Below are positions 24,840-37,300 of a stretch of 64,000 bases of DNA, piece after piece. Within the stretch, counting starts at the first letter, position 1; the number at the start of each line of letters is the position of its first letter. Under the pieces are notes generated by a model. It had not been told where the DNA came from. It ran no database searches and worked only from the letters and a program-made list of their open reading frames with translations. The stretch is from Azolla caroliniana. Lineage: Eukaryota > Plantae > Polypodiophyta. The translations under genes were made by a program, and so were the position numbers. The DNA lies in contig JBHGNT010000004.1 in NCBI GenBank assembly GCA_043228905.1, forward strand, positions 23,932,001 to 23,996,000, read 5' to 3'.

Positions 24840-27800
24840 ATGGTTCCCAGTTTTCCAGCCCTTGTAAATGGCTCACAAGCGAGGGCTTCTCATTCTATCT
24901 CTGACCTCCTTGGTAACACCGATCAAAGCCTGGTCATCTCAATCACTCTTATGGTTAGCTTGCTCTGTTTGTGTATGATTATTGGTCATCTCCTTGAAGA
25001 GCACAAATGGATGAATGAATCCATAACCTCCCTCATCCTGGTATGCAATCTATCCTCGGTCGTTGAAAAGATTTCAAATGTATGTTAGGCAATGGATAAT
25101 TTACTCTCGATCTCATGGATATGAGTAGACTGTTGTGAATAATCACTGTTTCACTCTAATTACACATTTAATACTACTATACAGTAGCTAAAATTTCATA
25201 AATTTAGCATACATTCTAGTCTCTTTAGCTAATTTGTAGGAGTACTAGTTGATTTCCTCCTATGACCTTCAAATTTTATCCTCTGCAATTATACATGATG
25301 TAGATAAGATAATCACACTAAACAGAAGAAATAGAGAAGACAAGATAGGGGACACAACTGAACTCTCCCAGAAGGAAGCCGAGGTATGTGATTAAGATTG
25401 TAAAATTGATACATTGAGAGGAGAGAAAAAGATCTCAACTAGAGATGGGCTATAATTAGAAACAGAGGACTGAGAATGATTAATGTCTGAAGGAGAAGAG
25501 ATCTCTAATGTTCAAACAGATATGTGATGCTGATTGGTAGAGCTCGTATTTAAGTGGGTATGGCTTTTGATTATACAATTCTCTAGCATGGTTGTTTAGG
25601 TACCCATATTTAACGTTTAAATACGTATAGTACCTCATGATTTGTATAGTACATACTATACCTCAATGTTGTTCAGGCAAATATCATGTACATTTGTCCA
25701 TATACGATATTTAACGTACATTTGAAAAAATAGGTATAATACGTATTCATAAAAAAATATAAGTAAAACCCCAACAAAAAGAAAAAGAAAAAAAAAGATT
25801 TTAGTGAAAAAGAAGAACATATGAGACGACAACAAAGAAGAAGAAGAGAGAAAAGAAGACAGAAACCTGTCCTGACTTTGAGTGTGATAATCAGAGAAGA
25901 TAGAAGAAGAAGAAGAAGAAGGAGAGAGAAACCTATCCTGAATGTGATAATCGTAGATGATTCCTTAATCTATGAAGGCATAATCGTACATAATTACAAT
26001 TTGAAGTAAAACATTATGATACACACTTACACTAATTTATAGAATAAGTGAATGTCAACATCCATATTATTACAAGCATAATACGTAAATTTTGTGTTCA
26101 TCTAGCATAACATTCGTTCCTACGTTGGAAAATGAAATGCAAATGTTATTCAAACATTCTTGTGTTTTTTTCCCATTTTTTAAATAAAATTTTTTTTTCT
26201 TCCTTTTTTTTTAGGTTTATTTACCTCATAATAAATAGTAAATCCAAAAGTATGGAATTTATCATCCTTTGAGGGTGTTTACCATACTGAAATGATTGAA
26301 ACATTCGCGAATGCGAATGCATGTATGATACGTATGGTTCATACTATGATTACAAGTATTTTAGGATGTGAAATGTTTGAATGTCTTATATGCATTTTAG
26401 GATGCAGAACTATATTATGCATCAAGAATTTGAAAATTATTTACCTTTTTAAAAAATATCTATGTTTACACAATTTTGTGATGCATAACATATTTTATAA
26501 GTATTTAACATATTAAAAAACATTGTTAACGTATTTTTAAATTGGGAGGTACTATACGAGTATTAATATGTTATATACGTATGGTATCCGTACCGTATCT
26601 AACGTACCTAACAACCTTGTTCTCTAGAAGGATTTATCTAGTTTGGCTAATGAGGCACACCCAAATATTCATAAGGCAGACTTTTTAAAAAACGATTGGA
26701 AAGAATTTACGTGTCATGATGCTACAAGCACCCCACCCACACTTATCATCAGGGACACACACAAGCAACTGAGATTAGTTGAAGATGTGTGGGTAAAGTT
26801 GTAAATTGTATTGCATTGGGGAAGATGATGATGGCATTATCTGAAGAGACACAATATGTGAGAAAAAGTCTTCAACAATCTCACACTCCCCAACATAATC
26901 ATATTGTACTTCAATGTGCGTGGTGTGGGCATGAAGTATTGGATTCCATGCAATAGAAATAGAGCTGCAATTATCACAATGGAGAGTGGTGGATCTAGAT
27001 TGTAGACGCAATACAAAGAATGAAATGTCATTGTTATCATAGTTTCTGCTTTTGGCTGGTTTAGGGGGTGGGATTTATACTATTTTACATTGCTTATCTG
27101 ACCTCAAATCATTAATTTAACATTGCTATTCAAGCTAAAATATATGTTTTACCATAAGATTTAATTCCTTTGGATGTATTTTACTTAATGTTCTATCTAT
27201 TTTCATTCATGGAGTTTATATGTAAACCAGGGAATACTATTACCATTATATTTTGTCTGACCTTCGACAATGCATTGCATTGTAATATAGGTACGACATA
27301 GTCTCTTTAGCTGGTTTATTTACTCTTTGTTTCTTGTATAGGGCCTATGTACAAGTGTCTTTGTGTTGATTATAACCCAAGGTACCAATTCTCTACTCCT
27401 TCGGTTTGATGAGGAGTTATTCTTTATCTACCTGCTACCGCCCATCATCTTCAATGCAGGGTATTTTCCATTTAATATTTTCACTCCTTTGTTTGGTAAT
27501 TTTTGGTCCCACTTGGGTTGTGAATTGATAATGTGTAAACAAAGCTTGTACTGGATAATGTGTTAAGGTGACATACCTTTATCTATGCATATCCTTAGTA
27601 CTTACCATGACATATCGACGAGAGATTCACTAACAAGTTACAACATTAATTGCGTGTTAAGCACATACACTTCCATAGATCCAATATTATAACTCAATGT
27701 AGAACAGTATGTGGCTTACTTGACCTAAAATCTTGACCTTAGCACAAGTGGGCAAAACTGTATGATTCTACTCAATTCAAAGAATTAGAAGTTAAGAACA

Positions 27801-30800
27801 ATAGGCAGGTAGGCCAAAAAGAGAAAGATCGAGAACTGTGCTAATTTTACTACTCAAAATTCAAATGTATTTGCATAGGATGTCTTGTTACTTTGAGAAT
27901 GGCTCTGACAATGTCCATTCATCCCTCTAGAACGATACATATGCTTGTATGGAATGCCTGCCAGCTTCACTACCATCGACCCACTCTGATCCACAATGAG
28001 AATCTTCTAGTTTTCTCAACTGCCACTGAAACGGATCTGATTATTACAATCGATTGATTCTATCACTACAATCAACGACTTCTGTAGGCCTTTATCTGCC
28101 ACTCTGAAGCAAAGGTCCTCAAATCCAGAATTTGTCTCATTGTTGTCAGTTTTATCTGTTGAAATGTTAATTTATATCTCTTGTCAAGAAGTTTCTAAGG
28201 TTGCATTAAATTTACTGGGAATTTGGAAGGTTCTTAAATCCAAAGATTCTCATACAGGTTCCAGGTAAAGAAGAAACAGTTTTTTGCAAACTTTGTAGCG
28301 ATAGTGCTATTCGGAGTTATAGGGGTCTTCGTTTCTTTTGTAATTATTGGGGGAGGTATATAAACCCATGTTCTTAAACTCTATTAATGGGATTGTCATA
28401 TGATGACCTAGCATATGTTGTCACTTATCTCATTTCTCTTGATATCCATTATTTTTAGTGATCAACTTGACACGCTAAGATGGTATATATGAATTCCTTG
28501 CACAGGTTGTAGTCTGATGTTTCCACTTGTGGGTTTTGAGGGTTTGGAACTCCGAGATTATATGGGTGAGAAGAAAGTGTTGTATATTTGGCTAATTATC
28601 TTTACCATGTGTACCATAATCTCACTAATGTTGAATCATTGGTCACTTCTTTGTTTTTGCCTTTCATGGCAATAGCTCTTGGGGTAATATTCTCTGCTAC
28701 AGATTCAGTGTGCACTTTACAGGTAAAAAAACACCTTAACTATTCATTAACCTCATCAGCTTGTTTTGATTGCATTTGCAATTTGTAATAATGTTTTCTA
28801 CATTCAGGTTCTTCATCCAGATGAGACACCCCTGCTTTACAGTCTTGTATTTGGTGAAGGTGTTGTTAATGATGCAACATCTATTGTGCTATTTCGAGCT
28901 GTTGAAAGTATCGACTTGACACAGATTAATGTTTTTACTATCCTCCAAGTTCTGGGGGAGTTCATATATCTCTATTTTTCTAGCACAGTGATGGGAATTG
29001 TTGTAAGTAAATTTGCAGAGTGATGATTTTTTGTTACTTCATTCTTTCAAATTAAGGAAAATCGATGCTTTACTAAATAAGGAGGTTCTTTTATGCAGGT
29101 TGGACTTGCGAGTGCTTACATAATAAAAAAACTATATTTTGGAAGGTAATTGCTTTTGCCAAGTGGTTTGCATTTGCATGATATGGGAGGCAGATCATGT
29201 TCAATTCAAACTGTGGATGTGATTTTGGAACTCGGACAAATCATTATATTGTCATAGGATTAATGATTTTTACTTTAAATAGTTTTACAGTCATTTTATT
29301 TTCGTAGTTGCTCCATGTACTCAACAGGCATTCAACTGATCGGGAGATTGCAATAATGATCTTGATGGCCTACTTCTCCTACATGATTGCCGAGGTAAAT
29401 GTGCTATGATAAGTCAAAATATTCCCATTTCCAAAGATCTAGTCGATGGGTTTTTACATATAATGGCTATTAAGCATACCATTATTGCAGCTTCTTTACC
29501 TGAGTGGGATTCTTACGGTCTTTTTCTGTGGAATTTTTATGTCTCATTATACATGGCATAATGTGACTGAAAGCTCAAAGATAACAACAAGGTTGGTACC
29601 AACATAAATCCTTAACAGTCATTGTTTGATGAAACTGAGCCTAAAAATTTAAAGTATTTGTGATTTGCTTGGTGGCTACTACAGGCATACATTTGCAACT
29701 CTGTCGTTCATTGCTGAGACCTTCATATTTCTTTATGTTGGAATGGATGCTCTCGATAAAGACAAATGGAAAAGAACAGATATAAGGCAATGAATCGTTA
29801 TATGAATGAAAAACAATATGTATATTGAAAACATGTCTGGACACTGAGAATGTTTTATATCCAATGTAGTGCTGCCACATCGGCTGGTCTCTCTGCCATT
29901 CTGATGTTAACAACATTGCTGGGGAGAGCAGTTTTTGTTTTTCCACTATCTGCCTTGTCAAATCTATTAGGGAGAGGTTCACGTACGAAGATAAGTGGCC
30001 GTCACCAGGTAAATTTTGATCATATAGGGTTATCTCTATTTGGTGTACAAGTGCAATGAAAGCAGTTACCTTGAAACAATGAAAAATAGCAAGGAAAGTT
30101 AACCGTCAGAAACCAGAAGTTGCAAGGATGAAAGTAACCTACTGAGATAGATAGATAGCTAGATATCTTTTTAACATCCTCAGGAGATGAATTGTGATCA
30201 ATGGGGCAGGGCCTAGCCCATGGTAAGGGTGACCTTGTGTTCTCTCAATTTTATGACTTTGATGCTATGGTGTAAACCACCAAGACAATGATCAGAGAGA
30301 GAAAGCCCATATGGTTGTAGCTCAATTAGTAAGGTTGTCCAACAGAGACCAGTGCATTTCAACCTCTGCATTTTGCAGTGGCATCTAGTAAAGTAGTGCA
30401 TTATTGAGATTTTGAACACAGCTTAGTAAGAACTTGGGATACCACTAGGGTACAGCCCTGAATGACAAAGAAGAAGAAGAAAGAGAGCCATTTGAGCCAA
30501 ATGGCTGTCTCGACTTCTCGGAGGCTGTGAGGTCATTAGTTTGATACACTGATGTCACATGTAATTTAGGAAAAATGATATATGGCGTAACAAAGGCATG
30601 TAAAAGTAAGGATTTGAATCCATGACTTTATGTTAGATATACTGGTGTGGCATTTAGGATTTATGGGGTAACAAAGATGTGTGAGAGTAAGGATTTGAAC
30701 TCATGGCTTTGTGCTGATAACCTAATAGTTTACCATTATGGTAAGGATTATAATAGTTAATTATCTTGAAGAGAGAATGCTAATAAGAATGTTTACAGCT

Positions 30801-31585
30801 AATTATCTGGTGGGCTGGTCTCATGCGAGGGGCTGTGTCGATTGCTTTGGCATACAACAAGGTTTACTTCTCAAATAATTCCTTTTAATGGAAACACAAA
30901 CATGTTTTAATGGCAATTTTATTTGGGATGTTTGTTTGGCTTTTGCAGTTCTCAGCCATAAGCTCAGTCAATGCAGCGATGCTCACGAGCACTGTAATTG
31001 TTGTCCTGTTCAGTACAGTGGTAGGTTAGGACTCTGTATTTAGTGTGTTTGTGCCTATATGCATACACTTATATTAAGCCGTAGGTGATTTTCTTGTGTA
31101 TGATGTTCTATTTGTTCCAAAGACATGAATTATTGATCTATGATTGAATGTCTCATTTAACTTCCACATTCCTCCCTTTATGTATGAATATGAAAGGCTT
31201 CAAGATATTTTATTTCCTTCTAATTTTTGCTTTGTATTACTTTATGTAGGTCTTTGGACTTCTAACTAAACCCTTAGTGCAATGGATTCTTCCCCACCAT
31301 GTTAGAAGTGAACATTCTGACTCGATGAGTCCAAAGGACTCGTTTAGCTCTGACATTCAATCGCCTCTGCTCAGGCATGAAGACTCGGAGCCGGAGATTT
31401 CCATGAGAAGTAGTTTACAAAGGCTATTGAGAACTACGAGATCCTCTACGATTCACAACTTTTGGAGGAAGTTTGATGACTCTTATATGCGCCCGATGTT
31501 CGGAGGTAGGGGGTTTGTTCCACATCTGCCTCGTGTCGTGACGGTAGACACCTTAATTGAATCTCAAGTGATGGAGAGGTCTTGA
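24840..31585 (+). CDS. NHX1: Vacuolar class I Na+,K+/H+ antiporter (NHX1/2-like), 14 exons: 24840-25040, 27342-27460, 28258-28355, 28506-28565, 28676-28722, 28808-29002, 29099-29145, 29328-29394, 29491-29591, 29685-29786, 29870-30008, 30799-30861, 30949-31020, 31250-31585
   Basis: Motifs GHLLEEHKWMNESIT, amiloride site LFFIYLLPPI, FSATDSVCTLQV, VFGEGVVNDAT, RHSTDRE, IWWAGLMRGAVSIALAY and C-terminal FWRKFDDSYMRPMFGGRGFVP. Splice sites keep frame. Paralog number is not determinable. Confidence 0.95.
25587..26619. mobile_element. Non-autonomous hAT element, perfect 8-bp TSD TTCTCTAG
   Basis: TIRs CATGGTTGTTTAGGTAC and GTACCTAACAACCTTG; TTCTCTAG at 25579-25586 and 26620-26627. Confidence 0.85.
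26077..26348. mobile_element. hAT-type MITE nested in the previous element, perfect 8-bp TSD ATTACAAG
   Basis: ATTACAAG at 26069-26076 and 26349-26356; ends CATAATACG...TTCATACTATG. Confidence 0.87.
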
Positions 31586-32379
31586 TGTTTCTTTGCTATG
31601 TACAGAAAGTCAATTCTTTCATTTGTTCAATTTCTTGGGTTCAGTTTTGAACTTACCCTAACCCCTAAACCTTTGGTATTCTATCAAGATTTGTTATTAT
31701 AAACCATATTGTTTTGTTCAGTTTGAACTCTGCGCTCAAAACTCAAAAACCATAACCAAAAACCCAAAACCAGCGTCCAACCCAAAACCTAGGTATTGTA
31801 TCAAATATTGTAATTGTGATACAGTACAATACCTATTCTAGAAATAGTCAATCATGCCTTTATGTTGAATATTCTGTTTTGTGGTTGGCCTTATGGCAAC
31901 TCTCCCTTAGAATTAATTCATTGTTCATTTGTTTGGCTTGATGAAGCCTTTTATGTATATTTCTTATCTAATTTGTTACAAATAAAAATACACTCTTTCG
32001 CCTCTAGGAGAAGGTAAAAAATCTCTCAAGGTATCCATTCCATGGAAGATCCTAGCAACCATTTCCTTAAAGAGGATGTGTGAGAGTGGATGAAAATTGG
32101 CTTTATGATGATTGATCTACATGGCAGTGATGGAATGTAGAGATTCAACACATGACCAGATGGATGTACCTCGGTTGCTAAGATTGTTCAGTGGGAACCA
32201 GAAGGTTGTGTGTCCAACTGCCTGCATTCTGCATTGAAATCTAATACATCAGAACAATTAACCAGATCAGAACCCAGGTTCATAGGTTAAAGAAAACATA
32301 ATGTAAACCTCAAGTTTTTTATTTTATTTAAAAACTATCATTATACACTAGAGTAATCACCGTTGTCATGTGTGCTACT

Positions 32380-32870
32380 CGAGCGGGACCACAGGGGGTC
32401 TTGGACGAGGGAATCAGAAGGGGCTTGACCTTCAACCTTTTAGCTCGTCGACCTTACACTTGTTGACTCTTTCACTCGTTGACCTTTCACCTACTTGAGC
32501 GGGACCATGGGGATCTTGGACCAGGGAGTTAGAAGGGCTTGACCTTCGAGCTTTTAGCTCGTTGACCTTTCACTTGTTGACTCTTTCGCTCTTCGACTTT
32601 TCACTTTTGGTGACCTTTCACTCATCGACTTTTCAGCTTGTTGACTTTTCACTTGTCGACTTTTCAGTTTGTTGACTTTTCATTCTTGTCAACCTTTCAC
32701 TCGTCGACCTTTCTTTTGTTGACTTTTCAGCTTGTCGATTTTTGAACTCGACTTTTCACTTGTTGGCTCTTCAGCTCATCGACCTTTCACTTGTCGATTT
32801 TTCACTCATGTCAGCCTTTCACTTGTTGACTTTTCAACTCGCCGACTTTTCACTCTTGTCAACCTTTCTC
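32380..32870. repeat. ~117-bp duplication followed by a degenerate 15-16-bp tandem array (probably LTR-retrotransposon internal/UTR sequence)
   Basis: GAGCGGGACCA...GACCTT at 32381 and 32497; many GTYGACYTTTCACTY / GTTGACTTTTCAGCT units. Confidence 0.8.
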
Positions 32871-34372
32871 TTGCCAATTGAAGGATTTGATATGAACATC
32901 GACGCGCTAAGCGTGTCGGCTCAATGAAAGACTAGCACAAGTACGAGATGAGATCAACTCATGACAAACGATTAAGCACTAGATCAAGCACACAAGTTGT
33001 ACAAGAACTACAAAGAGATTACACCGGGGAGTCCCTTAACATATATTAGGGCTTACTTGTTACAAAATATGATAACAACAATGAAATGGAATACAACGGA
33101 GGTAACCTTGAGCTAATCTCTAACGTAAGTGGGAGAAAGAAGAGAGAGGGAAAGAAAGAAAACTCTAGTGAGTGCGAGTTTAGAGAGTTGTTGAGACCAT
33201 GGCTACGTTGCCTTGAATCGGAGTAGCTCTCGTGCCACTATATCCTCCCCTTCCAACCACTGGTACGCTTGTCGACCCTTCTGCTTTCCTTCACTTGATT
33301 GCTGACACTCTAACCCCCAAAGAGTCTAAATGGAGATGCCCCCGAAGAAGAAGAAAAAAGAATTTGCCTTAAGCACCCAAAACCCAAAACACCAAAAGAG
33401 CTTTTAACCTCTCCAAAACGCCCAACAACCCTCCAAAAAAAATGACAAACCCCTAAACTGAACTCCCCCTTCACCTTTTATAGGAGAAAGCTTCCTCATT
33501 TTCATTAAATGCATTTATTCCTCCCCCCTTTCAAAAAAGAGGAACGGAATAAAGCCTCCTTAATCCACGTTGCATCGTCAAAGATTCAAAATCTACACCC
33601 ATAGTACTTAGCGAAAATCATATAATTATTCACATAACTATATGTGCATAGTCTGTCCCCCTTTTTCTCTTCACATGTTGCACATTCTCTCTCTTACTTT
33701 TTCTCCAGCTCACACTCCCTTCTTTTGCCCTCATTCACCTGCGTTTCTTATTGTCAGCACGCCACATCACGACACCGCAAATGCAACTCGATCATATCCT
33801 TGCAAGTTGTTATTGGAGGCATGTGCCAATATTGGAGAAATTCATAGCCTACGATTTTTGCCCTACAACTTGATGAATACATCTTGTTGAGAGACAAGCT
33901 CAACATTTGTGCGTAATCCGATGTGTAAAACCGGTACGCAGACCGGTGTGTAGGAAGGCCGTATCGGTGCGTAGACCGAAAGGCCGTTAGAAAGATATTC
34001 CTCGTAAGGAATAGTTTTGGGAGTAAGAGTCGAGGCTCATTTATAAGCAGTCAAGTACTGTCAGTACTTGTGTCAGCCCATTGTCAGGGCTTGTATAAAA
34101 GTGCTCATTGAGCACATCCTATGTACAGATTGAGTATTATCGTTTTGAATTAAGCTCTTGTGCTTACTCTCTCTCTGTCTCTCCCGTGCATACTGTGCAA
34201 ACCTAAGCTTTCCATTAAACCTGCGTTTTCTGTTGTTCTGATTTCCTATATTGCTTCCGCACACCATTCTTTTCATGGTATTAGAGCGCGAGGGTTGAGA
34301 ACCTCTGCAACCGACTTTGCGTGAAGAAAAAAAAAACCAACGAAGAAGAACAAGAAAACCGATGGAAAGAGG

Positions 34373-37300
34373 TATGGCTAGCTCGCTTCCAACGGAGAAG
34401 CTCGACAGAACCAACTACGCATCTTGGTCCTACAAGATGCACCAGTACCTGCTCGGATACGGTTATTGGAGCTATGTCAATGGAGCAAATGACACAGCAC
34501 CCGATTCGACACACAAAGACTTCCCGGTGTGGGAACAATCGGCGAGCAGAGTGCTATACTGTTTCGCGTCTTGTGTGGGTGAACAACTATTAAGCTACGT
34601 TCGGGATGCAAAAACGCCGAAGGGTGCATGGGAAAATCTGAAGAAGATCTTCGCCGCAAGCACCACAACCAGGAAGCTTCAGCTTCGACAGGAGTTGAGT
34701 AACCTACGAGAACGCGATTTGTTGGTGGCTGACTATACCTCGAGGATTAAGAACATATGCGACTCCTTAGCTTCCATCGATGTGAACATCGAGGAAAGCG
34801 AGATGGTCCAAGTCTGTCTCGGGGGTTTGGCGTTGAAGTTCGGGGCGTTCCGAATTGCTGTGTGTACCCGGGAGAATACGCCGTCCTTTTTTGACTTACA
34901 GTCGATGCTCATGGTAGAGGAGAACCACGCGGGTGCGTCAACAAGCATGCACACCGACAACAAGATGTTGTACACGGAGGGAGATAGGCCCCATGGTCGT
35001 GGCGAACGAGGCGGCCGGCGGGATCAAGGAAGAAGGCACCGAAGTGATGCCGACAACAATTCCAGACCTTCCGGAAACAGGGGGAGTTGAGGCGACGAGA
35101 ACCGGCAAGGGAAATCTGTTGTGGAATGCTGGTACTGTGGCAAGAAAGGCCACAAGGAGAGCGAGTGCTGGAAAAAACGCGCTGATTCGGAGAGAACTGG
35201 GTCCGTAACATGCTCCGGACAGACCGAGAGAGGAAATCGACAACGATCACACTACGCCGAAGGATTCGGAGAACCCGGAAAAGGGTTGGTCTTCGTGACG
35301 AGATACGAAGCAAACTCAATGAAGCAGACCACCCCGAAATTGGACGAGGTGTGGTACGTTGACTCCGGCACGTCAAATCACATTACGAGCCATAAGGAGT
35401 GGTTCTCGTACCTAGAAAAACTGATGCAACCGGGAGTAGTCGCAACCAGAGACGACACTCCGCATCCGATCGTGAATGTCGGAGAAGTTCCCCTAAGACA
35501 TGTCGGGCAGAAAGGGAAACTCATGAACGTGCCACACGTTCCGACAATAACGAAGAACTTGGTGTCGGTCGGATAGATCGTCGACCAAGGGATGGAGGTC
35601 CAGTTTACTCACCTCAGGTGCTTCATTGAGGAAGAAGACCGTATTATTGCGCAAGGGCGCAGAGATGGGAGGATGTTTATCCTTGACTCTACTGACGGTG
35701 GCACCGCAATGTTCGCGAAGGGACAAAAAGTCGAGTCGGACATCGACTTATGGCACAAGCGGATAGGCCACGTCAACTACCAACAGCTTCAAGACCTGCA
35801 ATCGAAACAAGTGGTGTTTGGATTGCCGAAATTTAGTGGCCGGAAGGCACAAATTTGTGAAGCCTGCCAGCTTGGGAAGCAACACCGACTTCCTTTCCCC
35901 AATGAGCGTAACCGGAGCTGGAACAAGCTCGACTTGATACACTCTGATGTGTGGGGGCCGACACAAAATGTTAGTCTTGGTGGGAGCCGATATTTTGTAT
36001 CCTTCATCGACGACTACACGCGGCACACGTGGATCTACCTCATTGATAGGAAAAGCGAAGTCTTCGACTGTTTCCGGGACCTCAAAGGGTTCGTGGAAAC
36101 GGAAACAGGAAGAAGGATCAAGTGCCTGCGGTCAGATGGCGGAAAAGAATACTTTTCCGGTCAGTTCACCTGCTTATCTACAACAAATGGGAATTCGGCA
36201 CGAATTCAGTTGTAGATACCGCCAGAGCAAAACAGCGTGGCCGAGAGAAAAAATCGGTCGGTTGTGGAAGCGGCACGGGAAATGCTGGAGGAGAAGAGCT
36301 TGCCCAAGTTCTACTGGGTTGAGGCGGTAAGGACCGCGGTATACATCCAGAACCGGATCGGAGAAAAAGTGTCGGCGCATGAGCTTTACTTCGGAACGAA
36401 GCCGAACTTGCGACACCTACGAGTTTTCGGTAGCATTGCGTATGTGCATATGCCGAAGGAGAAAAGGAGGAAGTTGGACGCAAAAGCTGAGAAGTGTATC
36501 TTGGTCGGCTATTTGGACAAGCAGAAGGGTTATAAGTGCTATAACCCGTGTACCAAACAAGCGCGCGTGAGCCGCAACGTTGTGTTTGATGAGTCCGCGT
36601 CCTGGTACTTGCCTCCGACTCCGGACCTCACCTCCAATCTGAGTTCTGACAATGAGGACAGCGAGGCCAAGGTGCCTTCGGCTCAGCCTGAAACCGGGAC
36701 CCCCGAAGCGAGTCCGATTTCGTTTCGGTTAAGTGGACCGAATGGACGACTGAGTCGGTACGACCAGTCCGATGAAGAGCCGGGGAGTAGTGAAGACTCG
36801 GTCGTGCATTCCCCGCATAGGAAGCCGAGGAGATGGCTTACGCGCAAAGAGAAAGGGAAGAAGAAGATGTCGGATTCCAGCACGGATAGGAACGAATCAG
36901 ACCGATGCAAGTTCGACTCCGAGGGAAGCGGCGACGGGCCTTTAGGAGCGAAGTCCGCGTCGGCCGAGAAGACCTTGACATCGGCTAATGACCGATTACG
37001 CCGATCTACCCGCCAAAAGAACCCAGTTGTGCGGTTCGGATACAACGAGTACATGGCGCATCATTATGCCTACATAACCCGAGTAGTGGAAGTGCGTGAG
37101 CCGGAGAGCTACGCAGAAGCGGCGAAGGACGCGAATTGGCGCGCTGCGATGGAGGAAGAGATGCACGCATTAGCGGAAAACAGGACCTGGGACCTGGTTG
37201 ACACACCGAAGGATGTGAAGCCGATCGGATGTAGGTGGGTGTACAAGGTCAAGTACAACACCGACGGCTCGGTCAACCGATAGAAGGCCCGATTAGTGGC

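Larger units (their letters stand above)
25299..27040 (-). mobile_element. Copia remnant in NHX intron 1: RNase H fragment plus 3' LTR (25299-26726, split by hAT insertions)
   Basis: STTLHCDNCSSISIAWNPILHAHTTHIEVQYDYV at 26775-27011; G-rich PPT-like tract; LTR ends TGTAG...CTACA. Confidence 0.7.
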
